The notes under the pieces were generated by a model. It worked only from the letters and a program-made list of their open reading frames with translations. It was not told the DNA's origin and ran no database searches. 64,000 nt of DNA from assembly GCA_018268605.1 (NCBI GenBank), contig JAFDWG010000315.1, positions 2,127 through 66,126 of the forward strand. The letters run 5' to 3'. Shown here in pieces: positions 1 to 8,635 of this stretch. The stretch is from Actinomycetota bacterium (GTDB lineage: Bacteria > Actinomycetota > Thermoleophilia > Solirubrobacterales > 70-9). Numbering within the stretch: position 1 is the first letter of the stretch; every line of letters starts with the position of its first letter. A program made the translations under genes and the position numbers.

Positions 1-186
1 CTGGTGCAGCCGGTAGGCGCAGGTGAGGCCGGCGAGCCCGGCGCCGACGATCGCGATCCTTGGCTGCTGCTCCCTCTCCGCCCGCCGGTCGATCGCGTTC
101 GCGAGCGCAAGTGGGCCGAGCGCCGCCGCCGCGCCGACCCCGGCCGCCCCCACCAGGAACCGCCGCCTGGTCAGGGTCTCGCTCAA
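1..186 (-). CDS. FAD/NAD(P)-binding oxidoreductase (amine-oxidase-like), N-terminal part only, with a Tat signal
   Basis: Runs off the window and is not in the ORF track. Minus-strand translation from TTG at 186 gives (M)SETLTRRRFLVGAAGVGAAAALGPLALANAIDRRAEREQQPRIAIVGAGLAGLTCAYRLHQ. It has a twin-arginine motif followed by a GxGxxG dinucleotide fold. The TTG overlaps the TGA of the upstream gene (TTGA). Confidence 0.55.
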   Translation of the reverse strand, partial: MSETLTRRRFLVGAAGVGAAAALGPLALANAIDRRAEREQQPRIAIVGAGLAGLTCAYRLHQ

Positions 187-755
187 ATAATGTCCAGCGG
201 ACTCGTGTCGTCAGCGGCGGACGCGTGTTCGCGCGTGCTGCCGACATCGCCGTCTTCTTCGGCCTCACCGGAATGGCGCCACGCCTTGGGCGCACCCGCG
301 ACCGGTTCGAGCACCCAGACCGACGGCGTGCGGTCGAGCCATTCGACGTACTCGTCGAAGCCGCTGTACTGCTCGTTGCAGGCGCGCCAGAGCTCGTCGC
401 GCTCGGCGCCCTCGGCGATCCGCGCGGTGACCTCGGTCTTCTCCCGCCCGATCTCCACCGTCGCCTCGGGCTTCGCCTTCAGGTTGTGGGACCAGCCCGG
501 CAGCTTCTCGTTGCCGCCGTTGGTGTCGATGAGGATGAAGTTGGCCCCGTGCTCCAGGTAGAGGACCGGGGCCGTCCGCTGCTCGCCGCTCTTGCGCCCC
601 GTGGTCGTCAGCAGGAGCACCGGTCCGTCGCCGACCTTGCCCATCAGGCGCCCGCCGCTCAGCCGGTAAAGAGGGACGTTCAGCTTGCCGGTCCAGCGCA
701 GCCCCCGCGCCCCCAACGAGTTCGAGAGCTTCGCGTAGAAGTGATCCCCGAGCAT
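183..755 (-). CDS. Deazaflavin (F420H2)-dependent nitroreductase family protein (DUF385/Ddn-like)
   Basis: ORF 183..998 trimmed to the ATG at 755. MLGDHFYAK...GKLNVPLYRLSGGRLMGKVGDGPVLLLTTTGRKSGEQRTAPVLYLEHG...PGWSHNLKAKPEATVEIG is the typical family pattern. Confidence 0.8.
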   Translation of the reverse strand: MLGDHFYAKLSNSLGARGLRWTGKLNVPLYRLSGGRLMGKVGDGPVLLLTTTGRKSGEQRTAPVLYLEHGANFILIDTNGGNEKLPGWSHNLKAKPEATVEIGREKTEVTARIAEGAERDELWRACNEQYSGFDEYVEWLDRTPSVWVLEPVAGAPKAWRHSGEAEEDGDVGSTREHASAADDTSPLDII

Positions 756-803
756 CGGTCGCGAGTATCCCACGCAAGCGTGTGGCGCGACTAAAGTGGG
801 CCC

Positions 804-1190
804 ATGCCCGGACCGCACGCGTTCCGCGTCGCCGCCGAGTCCAAGGATCTCGATCTCCTCCGCGAGACCCTCGCCGATGACGTCGTCCTCCACAGCCCGA
901 TCCTCTTCAAGGGCTTCGAGGGCCGCGACACCGCCTTGTTCGTCCTTGCCAACGTGATCGAGGTCTTCGAAGGCTTCCGCTACCTCGACGAGGTCCACGG
1001 CGACGGCACGGTCGTCCTACGCTTCGCCGCCAAGGTCGAGGGCAACCTCGAGATCGAGGGCATCGACTACCTCACCCTCGACGCCGACGGCCGCGTCACC
1101 GACCTCACCGTCTTCCTCCGGCCCCTCAAGGCCGTGCACGCCTTCAACGAGCAGATGTCCGCCCGCCTCGGCGCCGCACCGCCCGCCTGA
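804..1190 (+). CDS. SnoaL/NTF2-like domain protein
   Basis: 128-aa ORF with good codon bias. The pattern LLRETLADDVVLHSPI...GRDTALFVL...GDGTVVLRFAAKVEG..IEGIDYLTLDADGRVTDLTVFLRP is typical of the NTF2-like fold. Confidence 0.65.
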   Translation: MPGPHAFRVAAESKDLDLLRETLADDVVLHSPILFKGFEGRDTALFVLANVIEVFEGFRYLDEVHGDGTVVLRFAAKVEGNLEIEGIDYLTLDADGRVTDLTVFLRPLKAVHAFNEQMSARLGAAPPA

Positions 1191-1220
1191 CCCCGTCTTA
1201 CTAGAATCCTCGACCCACCC

Positions 1221-1302
1221 GGGGGAGTGTCCGAGTGGTTAAAGGAGACGGGCTGTAAACCCGTTGGCTCTGCCTACAGAGGTTCGAATCCTCTCTCCCC
1301 CA
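1221..1302 (+). tRNA. tRNA-Tyr (anticodon GTA), class II with a long variable arm
   Basis: GGGGGAG acceptor pairs with CTCCCCC. Anticodon arm ACGGG-CTGTAAA-CCCGT, T-arm AGAGG-TTCGAAT-CCTCT, discriminator A. CCA is not encoded. Confidence 0.9.
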
Positions 1303-1615
1303 TTGGATGCAGTCCGCCGAGACTGCCACCGATACACCGAAGTTGCAGGGACTCGTAGGCGTGTATTGGTGATGATCCTTCTGTCGCTCTTTGGCATCCA
1401 AGCGGGATCGACGGCCTCCCGTCCGACTTCCTATGCGGCCGGGAGGAGCCGCAGGGCGACGCGGGAACGCCTCGGGCGAAATCCCTTCGTAACCGCTGGT
1501 GAAATCGCCTACCCTCGGACGGCTGATAACCGGTGAGCATGGTCACGCACGCCGAATGGGTGGTTTTGTCGTGCTCTCGCGACCTTTTCGTCACCGATTC
1601 GTGGAGGATTCGCGC

Positions 1616-2338
1616 ATGGACGAGGGGCGCAGTCTCGACGGGCGGGTGATCGCGATCGCCGGGGTCGGCGGTGGGCTCGGGCCTTCGGTGGCTCGGCGGC
1701 TGGGGGAGGCCGGGGCGATCGTCGCCGGCGCCAATCGTGGACAGGCCGATGTCGACGCGGTGGGGGAGGAGCTGGGGATGCCGGCGGAGCGGTGGGACGG
1801 GCACGCGGTCGACCTCACGGACGAGCACGCGGTGGGTGCCTGGCGCGACGCGCTGGTCGCGCGCTTCGGGCGTGTGGATGGGCTCGTGCACCTGGTCGGA
1901 GGCTGGCGCGGCGGACAGCCGCTGCACGAGGAGCCGCTCGCCGACTGGGACTTTCTCGAGAAGCTCCTGATCCGGACGGTGCAGGTGACGACGCGGGCAT
2001 TCCACGACCAGCTCGCGGCGTCGGAGCACGGGCGCTTCGTGCTCGTCTCCGGCAAGTTGGCCCAGAAGCCGAACAACGGCAATGCGGCCTACGCGAGCGC
2101 AAAGGCGGCCGCCGAGGCTTGGACGCTGGCCTTCGCTGACGGATTCGAGCCTGGCGGGGCGACCGCCAACATCGTCGTCGTCGACGCCATCCTGACGCCG
2201 CGGATGCGCGAGGAAAATCCCGACAAAGCGTTCCCGACCTTCACTCCGGCCGAGAACATCGCCGACGCGATCGCCTGGCTCTGCTCCGACGCCGCGGCCC
2301 AGATGAACGGCGCCCGGCTGGCGCTTACGATGCCCTGA
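1616..2338 (+). CDS. Short-chain dehydrogenase/reductase (SDR)
   Basis: ORF 1499..2338 trimmed to the ATG at 1616, preceded by GGAGGA. Gly-rich IAGVGGGLG motif and a YASAKAA (YxxxK) catalytic motif. Confidence 0.85.
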   Translation: MDEGRSLDGRVIAIAGVGGGLGPSVARRLGEAGAIVAGANRGQADVDAVGEELGMPAERWDGHAVDLTDEHAVGAWRDALVARFGRVDGLVHLVGGWRGGQPLHEEPLADWDFLEKLLIRTVQVTTRAFHDQLAASEHGRFVLVSGKLAQKPNNGNAAYASAKAAAEAWTLAFADGFEPGGATANIVVVDAILTPRMREENPDKAFPTFTPAENIADAIAWLCSDAAAQMNGARLALTMP

Positions 2339-3129
2339 TGGCGACGGAGGCGAAGGGAGCGCGAGCACCCGAGGGCAAGATGACGATCGGTGAGCTGGCG
2401 AAGCGCACCGGGATGACGATCCGCAACATCCGCGCTCACCAGACGCGCGGCCTGCTGCCGCCGCCGGAGGTCCAGGGCCGGACCGGCTACTACAACGAGG
2501 AGCACGTCGCGCGGATCGAACTGACCCGCGAAATGCAGGCCGAGGGGCTGAACCTGGAGGCGATCCGGCGGGTGCTCGAGAGCACTGGGGGCTCGTCGAA
2601 AGAGATGGTTGACTTCGCCCGCGCCGTGCGCGCCCCGTTCGAGGACGAGTCGCCGGAAATCTTCGACCCGGGCGATTTCGCCGCCGCCTGGAGCGTCGAG
2701 TCGGTCGACGAGCGGCTGCTGCGCCGGGCCGAGAAACTGGGCGTGCTGAGGATCCTGGCCGACGGCGATATCGAGGTGATCAGCCCCCGTCTCCACGGCG
2801 CCGCGACCCGGATGATCGAGTTCGGCGTCAGCCCGAGTGCGGCGATCGCCCTGGCAGCGAAGCTCCACGAGCACGCCGACGCCGTCGCCCGCGCCTACAT
2901 CGACCTGTTCACCGAGCAGATCTGGGGCCCGTTCGACAAGGTGGGCCGCCCGGAAGAGGACTGGCACAAGGTGCTCGAGGCACTCGAGGCGATGCGCCCG
3001 CTCGCCTCCGACGCCCTCCTCGCGATGTTCCAGATCACGATGGGCGAGGAGACCGAGAAGGCCGCCGAGGCGACCCTCCGCAACGCCGGCAAAGCCCCCG
3101 CGCGCGGACGAGGGCGCAAGCGCCGCTAG
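2338..3129 (+). CDS. MerR-family transcriptional regulator
   Basis: MTIGELAKRTGMTIRNIRAHQTRGLLPPP...YYNEEHVARIELTREMQAEGLNLEAI is a MerR HTH. The ATG overlaps the SDR stop (TGATG). An alternative start is the ATG at 2380. Confidence 0.85.
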   Translation: MATEAKGARAPEGKMTIGELAKRTGMTIRNIRAHQTRGLLPPPEVQGRTGYYNEEHVARIELTREMQAEGLNLEAIRRVLESTGGSSKEMVDFARAVRAPFEDESPEIFDPGDFAAAWSVESVDERLLRRAEKLGVLRILADGDIEVISPRLHGAATRMIEFGVSPSAAIALAAKLHEHADAVARAYIDLFTEQIWGPFDKVGRPEEDWHKVLEALEAMRPLASDALLAMFQITMGEETEKAAEATLRNAGKAPARGRGRKRR

Positions 3130-3187
3130 GGGGTTGTCTACCCCGGCTCGCAGGTGGTCACGCGAGGCGCACGGACCGCCCAACCCC

Positions 3188-3949
3188 TCAAGGCTTCTGC
3201 CCCGCCTTGCGGGTCTTCTTCGGATCCTTGCCGAGGATCTCGAAGGGCTTCGTCAGCGGCTTGGCGGTGTTGTTCGATTTGTCGGTGGCGCGGAGGACGG
3301 CGACGTAGCGCCCGGGGCGGGCCTTGAAGTGCTTCCAACGTGCCGCCAGACGGAAGTGGTTGATGCCGATGTAGGTGGGCCATTCGTGGTAGCCGTTGTA
3401 GACGCGGTGGCCCTTGGAGTCGAGGCGGTAGTACTCGGCGTCGAGTGAGCCTGGTGAGTCGATCGAGGCGCGCATCTTGGTGCCGTTCGTGCCCTTGAAC
3501 TTGGTCTTCGCCAGCTTCACTTCGCCGATGGTCGGCGGGGTCAGGTCGACGTTCAGCGGCGGACGCGGGCCCGGGTCGGAGAGCGGGTTGCCGGGGACGT
3601 CGGAGACGATCACCTCGCCGCGGACCCAGGCGTGCAGCTTGCACTGGAAGAAGTATTCGCCGGGCTGGGTGAATTCGAGCGTGTATTCGTCGCCCGCCCG
3701 GTGGTGGGGGACGTCGGTGCCCGGGTCGGAGTCCCACTGGAGGTCGTCGGGCGAGATGCCGGTCACCGAGTGCTCGAGGTCGGGCCCGAGCCAGTCCCAG
3801 GTGACCCTCTCACCCAGGTTGATGTGGACTTCCTTGTTCGACCACTGGTAGTCGAAGATCGAGACCCGCGTGTTGTCGGCGGCCGCGATGGCCGGCAGGA
3901 CGAGCATCGCGACGGCGACCGCCGCGACGGCTAGTCGACGATGTACCAA
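3188..3949 (-). CDS. Secreted cupredoxin-domain protein with a C-terminal Ig-like domain
   Basis: Tail of ORF 3188..4729. The TTG at 3949 gives the signal peptide (M)VHRRLAVAAVAVAMLVLPAIAAA; an alternative start is the ATG at 3907. The cupredoxin core carries EHSV...FFQCKLHAW (His, Cys, His ligands, no obvious axial Met). Confidence 0.75.
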   Translation of the reverse strand: MVHRRLAVAAVAVAMLVLPAIAAADNTRVSIFDYQWSNKEVHINLGERVTWDWLGPDLEHSVTGISPDDLQWDSDPGTDVPHHRAGDEYTLEFTQPGEYFFQCKLHAWVRGEVIVSDVPGNPLSDPGPRPPLNVDLTPPTIGEVKLAKTKFKGTNGTKMRASIDSPGSLDAEYYRLDSKGHRVYNGYHEWPTYIGINHFRLAARWKHFKARPGRYVAVLRATDKSNNTAKPLTKPFEILGKDPKKTRKAGQKP

Positions 3950-5016
3950 CCGTTCATCCCCATGTGGAAGTGGGTGAAGACGTGGCAGTGGTAGAACCAG
4001 CGACCCGGGTTGTCCTCGACGAATTCGAGCCGGAACGAGTCCGCCGGGCCGAAGGTTTTCGTGTCGATGACCGTCCCGTCGGGGTCCGTCCAGCGGTGCC
4101 CGTGCAGGTGGAAGGTGTGAAAGAAGTTGTCGAGGCCGTAGACGTGGAAGCCCACCCGCTGACCGACCTTCGCGTGCAGCTCCGGCGTGTTGCCGGCGTA
4201 GGCGCGGCCGTTGATGCAGGAGAAGTTTTCCTTCAGGCCGGTGATCGGCGGTTCCCACGAATGGAAGCCGAGGAAGAACTCCGCTTCCGGCGCTTGCTCC
4301 CCCGGCGCCCGCACGACGAGCGGCCCGAACAGCCCTTTGAAGACCGGCAGCGGATCCATCGGCCCGTGGTCGTGGTAGAGCCAGGTGCCTTCCGTCCCCG
4401 GTTTCGCTTCCCAGACGTAGGTGAAGGTGCGGTTGTGTTGGACGAAGCCACCCGGGTCGGTGAACTTGCCTTTGTAGCCGCCGTCCATTTCGTTCGAGTA
4501 GAAGATGCCGTGCGGGTGCATCGTCACCGGCGACTTCAGCTTGTTGCGGAAGTGGACGATCATCGTTTCGCCGACATTGACTTCGAGCAGCGGCCCCGGC
4601 ACCTTCGCCGGCCCGATCGGCCTTTTGAAGTTCGGCGTCCAGGCCCGGTAGGCCCAGGCGGTGAACTTCGTCTTGCCCTTGATCGGCATGTTCATCATCT
4701 GGTCGCGGCCGGTGGGGACGATGTCCCACTCGACCGGCTCGGCGGTGATCCAGTATTCGCGCGCCGCCCCGTTCTGGGTGAACTGGGTGTAGGCGGCAAG
4801 CTCGGTCCGTCCTCCGTCGCCCACCGAGCTCGCGTTCGCCTGTGCCGCTTCCGCCGCCGCCACCTTGGGCGGCACCGCGATGCCCTTGGCGTGGGCGTCG
4901 ATATCGATCTGGCCTTCGTTCGCGCTGATCTTCTGTCCGGCGAGCGTGCAGAAGAACATGCCGCCGCCGAGCGCGAGGAAACCGCGCCGGTCGAGACCGC
5001 CGTCACCGAAGTTCAT
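3931..5016 (-). CDS. Two-domain multicopper oxidase (small-laccase/SLAC-like), Tat-exported
   Basis: RRGFLALGGG Tat motif. All four Cu motifs are present: HPHG, WLYHDHG, HTFHLHGH, HCHVFTHFHMGM. At about 360 aa it fits a two-domain MCO. Confidence 0.9.
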   Translation of the reverse strand: MNFGDGGLDRRGFLALGGGMFFCTLAGQKISANEGQIDIDAHAKGIAVPPKVAAAEAAQANASSVGDGGRTELAAYTQFTQNGAAREYWITAEPVEWDIVPTGRDQMMNMPIKGKTKFTAWAYRAWTPNFKRPIGPAKVPGPLLEVNVGETMIVHFRNKLKSPVTMHPHGIFYSNEMDGGYKGKFTDPGGFVQHNRTFTYVWEAKPGTEGTWLYHDHGPMDPLPVFKGLFGPLVVRAPGEQAPEAEFFLGFHSWEPPITGLKENFSCINGRAYAGNTPELHAKVGQRVGFHVYGLDNFFHTFHLHGHRWTDPDGTVIDTKTFGPADSFRLEFVEDNPGRWFYHCHVFTHFHMGMNGWYIVD

Positions 5017-5038
5017 CGTTGCCCCGTCCTCCTCGGAG

Positions 5039-5422
5039 CTACTTCTTGACGACGACCGTCATGTGCATCTGCGTCGGGTGGATCGTGCAGATGAACTTGT
5101 AGGTCCCCGGTGTCGTGAACGTCTTTTCGAATTCGGCGTTCGTCACCGCGGTCGTCTTGGTCGAGTAGGAGGCCTTTCCCTTCAACGCCTTCGGCCCGCT
5201 CTTGAGGTGGACGTCGTGGGGATAGGTGTTGGCTTCCGCCCAGACCCAGTTGATCGACTGCCCCTCCTTCAGCGTCACCTTTTCCGGGCCGAAGTAGAAG
5301 TCGGCGACCGACACTTCCTTCGGTTTGGACTTCGACTTCTGCGGCGCGTTCGCCGCGGTGGCGGCCGTCCCCGAGAGGGCGAGGGCAACCACCGCGATCG
5401 TGACGATCCTCAGTGCCCGCAT
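5039..5422 (-). CDS. Plastocyanin/amicyanin-like blue copper protein (cupredoxin)
   Basis: ORF 5039..5908 trimmed to the ATG at 5422. Signal peptide MRALRIVTIAVVALALSGTAATAANA. Type-1 Cu ligands PHDVH and CTIHPTQM. The ATG overlaps the upstream stop (TGATG). Confidence 0.9.
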   Translation of the reverse strand: MRALRIVTIAVVALALSGTAATAANAPQKSKSKPKEVSVADFYFGPEKVTLKEGQSINWVWAEANTYPHDVHLKSGPKALKGKASYSTKTTAVTNAEFEKTFTTPGTYKFICTIHPTQMHMTVVVKK

Positions 5423-6951
5423 CAGCAGGTCACTTCCCCGGGCTTCGCCGCGACTTCCACCGGCTTGTACTTCTGGAACGCCGGGTGCGGGAAGGACGGG
5501 CGGTGCCAGTAACACTGCTGGTTCTGCGGCGGGCTCGTCCCCGCGTAGCCGAGGATCGTCGACGGGTTGCCGGTTTCCGCCAGGCTGGCGATCTGGAGTC
5601 CCGCCGTGATGTTGATGCTGGGGACCGATTTGCTCGCGTATTCGGTTACTTTCGGCTGCGGGCAGACCGGGTAGATCTGGCTCAGCGGCACTTTGCCGTT
5701 GCCGGGCGCGAACGTCGAGTTGGCGCTGTTCGCCCCCCAGCAGTTGCCGCCGCCGGTGTCGTCGTTCCACATGTCGTATTCGCCGTTCGGATCGGCGCCT
5801 TCGCGGCCCATCACGTTTTCGACGATTTCGTTGTTCACGTTTTTGGCTTCGTTGCCTTCGTTGGCGACGAAGGTTTCCCCGGGGCCGGAGAAGGAGGCGA
5901 TGCCCCACTTGTAGTTGCCGAACACCCGGTTGCCGCGGACGACGTTGCCGTCGGAGCCGTAGAGCACGATGCCCACGCCGGTCGGGTAGTTGACCGTCTG
6001 GCCGCTCAGTTCACCGAGTCCCTCGGAGACGGTGTGGAACGCCGACCCGGAGAGGAAGTAGTTGTAGTTGTTCCAGAACACGTCGTTGCGTTCGATCACG
6101 TTCCAGGCGTTCGGCTCGTAGCCCTCCGAGTCCAGCGTGTTCGGGACGATCCCGGCGCCGTTGTTGTAGAAGGCGTTTTCGATGATCCGCACGTACTTCG
6201 AGTTCGTGCCGGAGTAGCCGAGGACGTTTTCGTAGCTCTTGTCGTTCTTCAGCAGCGTCCATATCGGCTTCTTCTGGCAGGGCGTATTGCTGTTGACGTT
6301 CCAGTTCTTCTTGTCGCACGGCGTTTCGCCGACATAGAAGGCGGAGTCGCCCTGGTGGTAGCCGGTGGAGTTGATCATCTTGCCGCCGAAGCAGTGCTTG
6401 GCGAAGAGGCCGTAGGACCGGTTCCCCGACGCCAGCAGGTTGTTCATCGTGTAGCCGTTGCAGTGCTGGCCGCCTTCGTCGGCGGCGTGGATGAAGAAGC
6501 CGTTCGACTCGTAATTGCGCGCCCACATGTTCTTCAACACGAGGCCGTCGACGCTGATCGCCTCGATCCCGTTCTGTGCCGCGCCGAGTTCGCCCTTCGC
6601 GTTCTTGCCTTCGAGGATGACCCGCTTCGGGTCCTTCTTCGTCCCTTCGATCGTCATCCCGTCGTAGCGCTCCTTCGGCGCGGTACCGTCGACGACGACG
6701 CCTTCGACGTACTTCCCGGGCCGGATCGCGACCTTCACCTTCGCCCCCTTGTTCTTGAAGGCGTATGACCCGGCGGCTTCGACCGCCTTCTGGATCGTGC
6801 GGTAGTGGCAGCCATGGCGGCAGGTTTCGAAGACCATCGTCTTGGACTTCTTGGCCGGCTTGGCGGCGAGCCCGGTTGCGGGACCGACGGCGAGGCCGAG
6901 AAGGGCGACGAGGACGGGTACGAGCGCGAGAACAGGCAGACGATGCTTCAT
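5422..6951 (-). CDS. Secreted right-handed parallel beta-helix repeat protein (NosD-like)
   Basis: ORF 5422..7014 trimmed to the ATG at 6951, which follows AAGGAGAGAT. Signal peptide MKHRLPVLALVPVLVALLGLAVG. CHYRTIQKAVEAA plus repeated N/G-rich beta-helix turns (NNGAGI, GNRVFGN). Confidence 0.8.
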   Translation of the reverse strand: MKHRLPVLALVPVLVALLGLAVGPATGLAAKPAKKSKTMVFETCRHGCHYRTIQKAVEAAGSYAFKNKGAKVKVAIRPGKYVEGVVVDGTAPKERYDGMTIEGTKKDPKRVILEGKNAKGELGAAQNGIEAISVDGLVLKNMWARNYESNGFFIHAADEGGQHCNGYTMNNLLASGNRSYGLFAKHCFGGKMINSTGYHQGDSAFYVGETPCDKKNWNVNSNTPCQKKPIWTLLKNDKSYENVLGYSGTNSKYVRIIENAFYNNGAGIVPNTLDSEGYEPNAWNVIERNDVFWNNYNYFLSGSAFHTVSEGLGELSGQTVNYPTGVGIVLYGSDGNVVRGNRVFGNYKWGIASFSGPGETFVANEGNEAKNVNNEIVENVMGREGADPNGEYDMWNDDTGGGNCWGANSANSTFAPGNGKVPLSQIYPVCPQPKVTEYASKSVPSINITAGLQIASLAETGNPSTILGYAGTSPPQNQQCYWHRPSFPHPAFQKYKPVEVAAKPGEVTC

Positions 6952-7041
6952 ATCTCTCCTTGCAGCGTGGGTGACCGCGTCCCCGCCCCTCCAAGGCGAA
7001 GACCTGCTGACCATATCGAAGGCTGAACCGGATTCGGCTGT

Positions 7042-8028
7042 TCAGCCAGGCAGGATCGTCTGCATCGCTTCTTCCAATTCGTCCACCCCGTAGGCACCCG
7101 ACAGGCGGTCCCTGATCACACCCTGCTTGTCGATCAGGTAGGTCCACGGCTCGGTCGGCAGATGGAACGCCTTCAGCTGGGGACGAAGCCCATCGCTGAT
7201 TTCGTTGTTGTTGTAGACCTCTTGGTGGATGAAGTCCGCCCGCGGTTCGAATTTGTCGGCGACCTGCTGGGCGACGTCGACTACCGGGCCGCAGACACGG
7301 CTCTGACAGAGGGCGGGAGTGGCGAAGACGAGGACGATCGGCCTCTTGCCGAGCACGTCGGCGAAGTTGACCTTGTGCATCTGGTCGGGCGGCACGCGCG
7401 TGTCGATCTTTTCCAGGTCGTTGCCGACGTCGGCGGCGGTCAGAGTTTCGATCTTCGGCGGGCGTTCGCCGACCTTCGGGACCTTGGGGTACTGGCCGAC
7501 GACCGGGGAGGGCATCCGGCTCGCTTCGAGCTTGCCGTCGGGCCCCTTGATCATCGCGATCGCCAGGTAGGAGCCGTTCTTCGGGAAGTCGACCTTCGGC
7601 ACGACGTAGACGGACTTCGCCTCGCCCGGGCCGGAGCCGTTCTGGGACCGATAGGCGGGCTTCGTCTGCAGCGTTTCCAGCTTGGCCGGGAGAGGGCCGG
7701 TCACCTTCGACTTGCCGTCCTTGGCGAAGTAGAGGGCGACTTTGACGTCTTCGACCTGTTCCTGGCCCGTCGTGAAGACGCCGAACGGATAGCGTTCCTC
7801 GCCGGTGTCGAAGACCTGCGAGGCGGGCGCGATGACGAGTTCCGACGGGACCGCGCCGGAGCTGTGCAGGAGCTGGGAGATCGTCTTGCCCTGTGCCTGC
7901 GGGAACTCCTTGGGCGGCGGGGCGGGGCGGGTTTCGCCCGTTCCTCCACCGCAGCCCGCGACGACGACCGCGGCGAAGGCGCCGAGCGCTAACAGCGCGA
8001 CGAGGCGGTGGGCGAAGGGGCGGCGCAT
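7042..8028 (-). CDS. Lipoprotein with a C-terminal thioredoxin-fold (TlpA/Sco-like redoxin) domain
   Basis: Lipobox VVVAGCGG. C-terminal GKRPIVLVFATPALCQSRVCGPVVD...TYLIDKQGVIRDRL is a typical redoxin fold. It is the first gene of the copper operon. Confidence 0.8.
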   Translation of the reverse strand: MRRPFAHRLVALLALGAFAAVVVAGCGGGTGETRPAPPPKEFPQAQGKTISQLLHSSGAVPSELVIAPASQVFDTGEERYPFGVFTTGQEQVEDVKVALYFAKDGKSKVTGPLPAKLETLQTKPAYRSQNGSGPGEAKSVYVVPKVDFPKNGSYLAIAMIKGPDGKLEASRMPSPVVGQYPKVPKVGERPPKIETLTAADVGNDLEKIDTRVPPDQMHKVNFADVLGKRPIVLVFATPALCQSRVCGPVVDVAQQVADKFEPRADFIHQEVYNNNEISDGLRPQLKAFHLPTEPWTYLIDKQGVIRDRLSGAYGVDELEEAMQTILPG

Positions 8029-8065
8029 CGCGGGAAAAACTACAAGCCCCGGTTAAGCGTCTCCT

Positions 8066-8575
8066 TTGCGGGCGTCCCCTTATGGTGGGCGGGTGCCAAG
8101 CATCGAGGACCCCGACTTCCAGCCGCGCGAGGGCGCGCCGCCCGGCTTCCGCGCCTTCCGCGCCCGGATCGGCTACGAGTTGGGGAGCGAGCGGATCGGC
8201 GCCAGCGTCTGGAAGCTGCCGCCGGGCGAGGCGGCCTACCCGTACCACTTCCACTACTCCGACGAGGAGCTCGTCTTCGTCCTCCAGGGCAGGCCGACCC
8301 TGCGCACGCCGGAGGGCACCCGGCAGCTGGAGCCCGGTGAGGCGGTCCACTTCCCGCTCGGCGAGTCCGGCGCCCACCAGGTCGCCAACCCGACCGACGA
8401 GGAGGTCCGCTTCCTCGCCGTCTCCACCAACGGCGCCCCGGACATCGTCGTCTATCCCGACTCGAACAAGATCAGCGCCAGCGAGCGCCTGCCCGAGGGC
8501 GGGGGGCTCCATACATTCTTCGAGCTCGATGACCAAGTGGACTACTGGAAGGGCGAGACGGCGCCGGGGGGATAG
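8066..8575 (+). CDS. Cupin-domain protein
   Basis: The GEAAYPYHFHYSDEELVFVLQG...PGEAVHFPLGESGAHQVAN cupin motifs. Start is the TTG at 8066 or the GTG at 8093. Confidence 0.8.
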   Translation: MRASPYGGRVPSIEDPDFQPREGAPPGFRAFRARIGYELGSERIGASVWKLPPGEAAYPYHFHYSDEELVFVLQGRPTLRTPEGTRQLEPGEAVHFPLGESGAHQVANPTDEEVRFLAVSTNGAPDIVVYPDSNKISASERLPEGGGLHTFFELDDQVDYWKGETAPGG

Positions 8576-8635
8576 GGGCTGCATGCGCGGGGGGTTCCAC
8601 CGCATCGACCAGCGCCCTTCGGGTATCTGACAAGC

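Noticed and set aside
1303-1615. The 310-nt spacer between tRNA-Tyr and the SDR gene as a riboswitch or att site.
   Set aside because: Only a weak 7-bp hairpin (CCTCCCG/CGGGAGG) is present. There is no conserved riboswitch core that I recognise, no repeat of the tRNA 3' end, and no integrase nearby.
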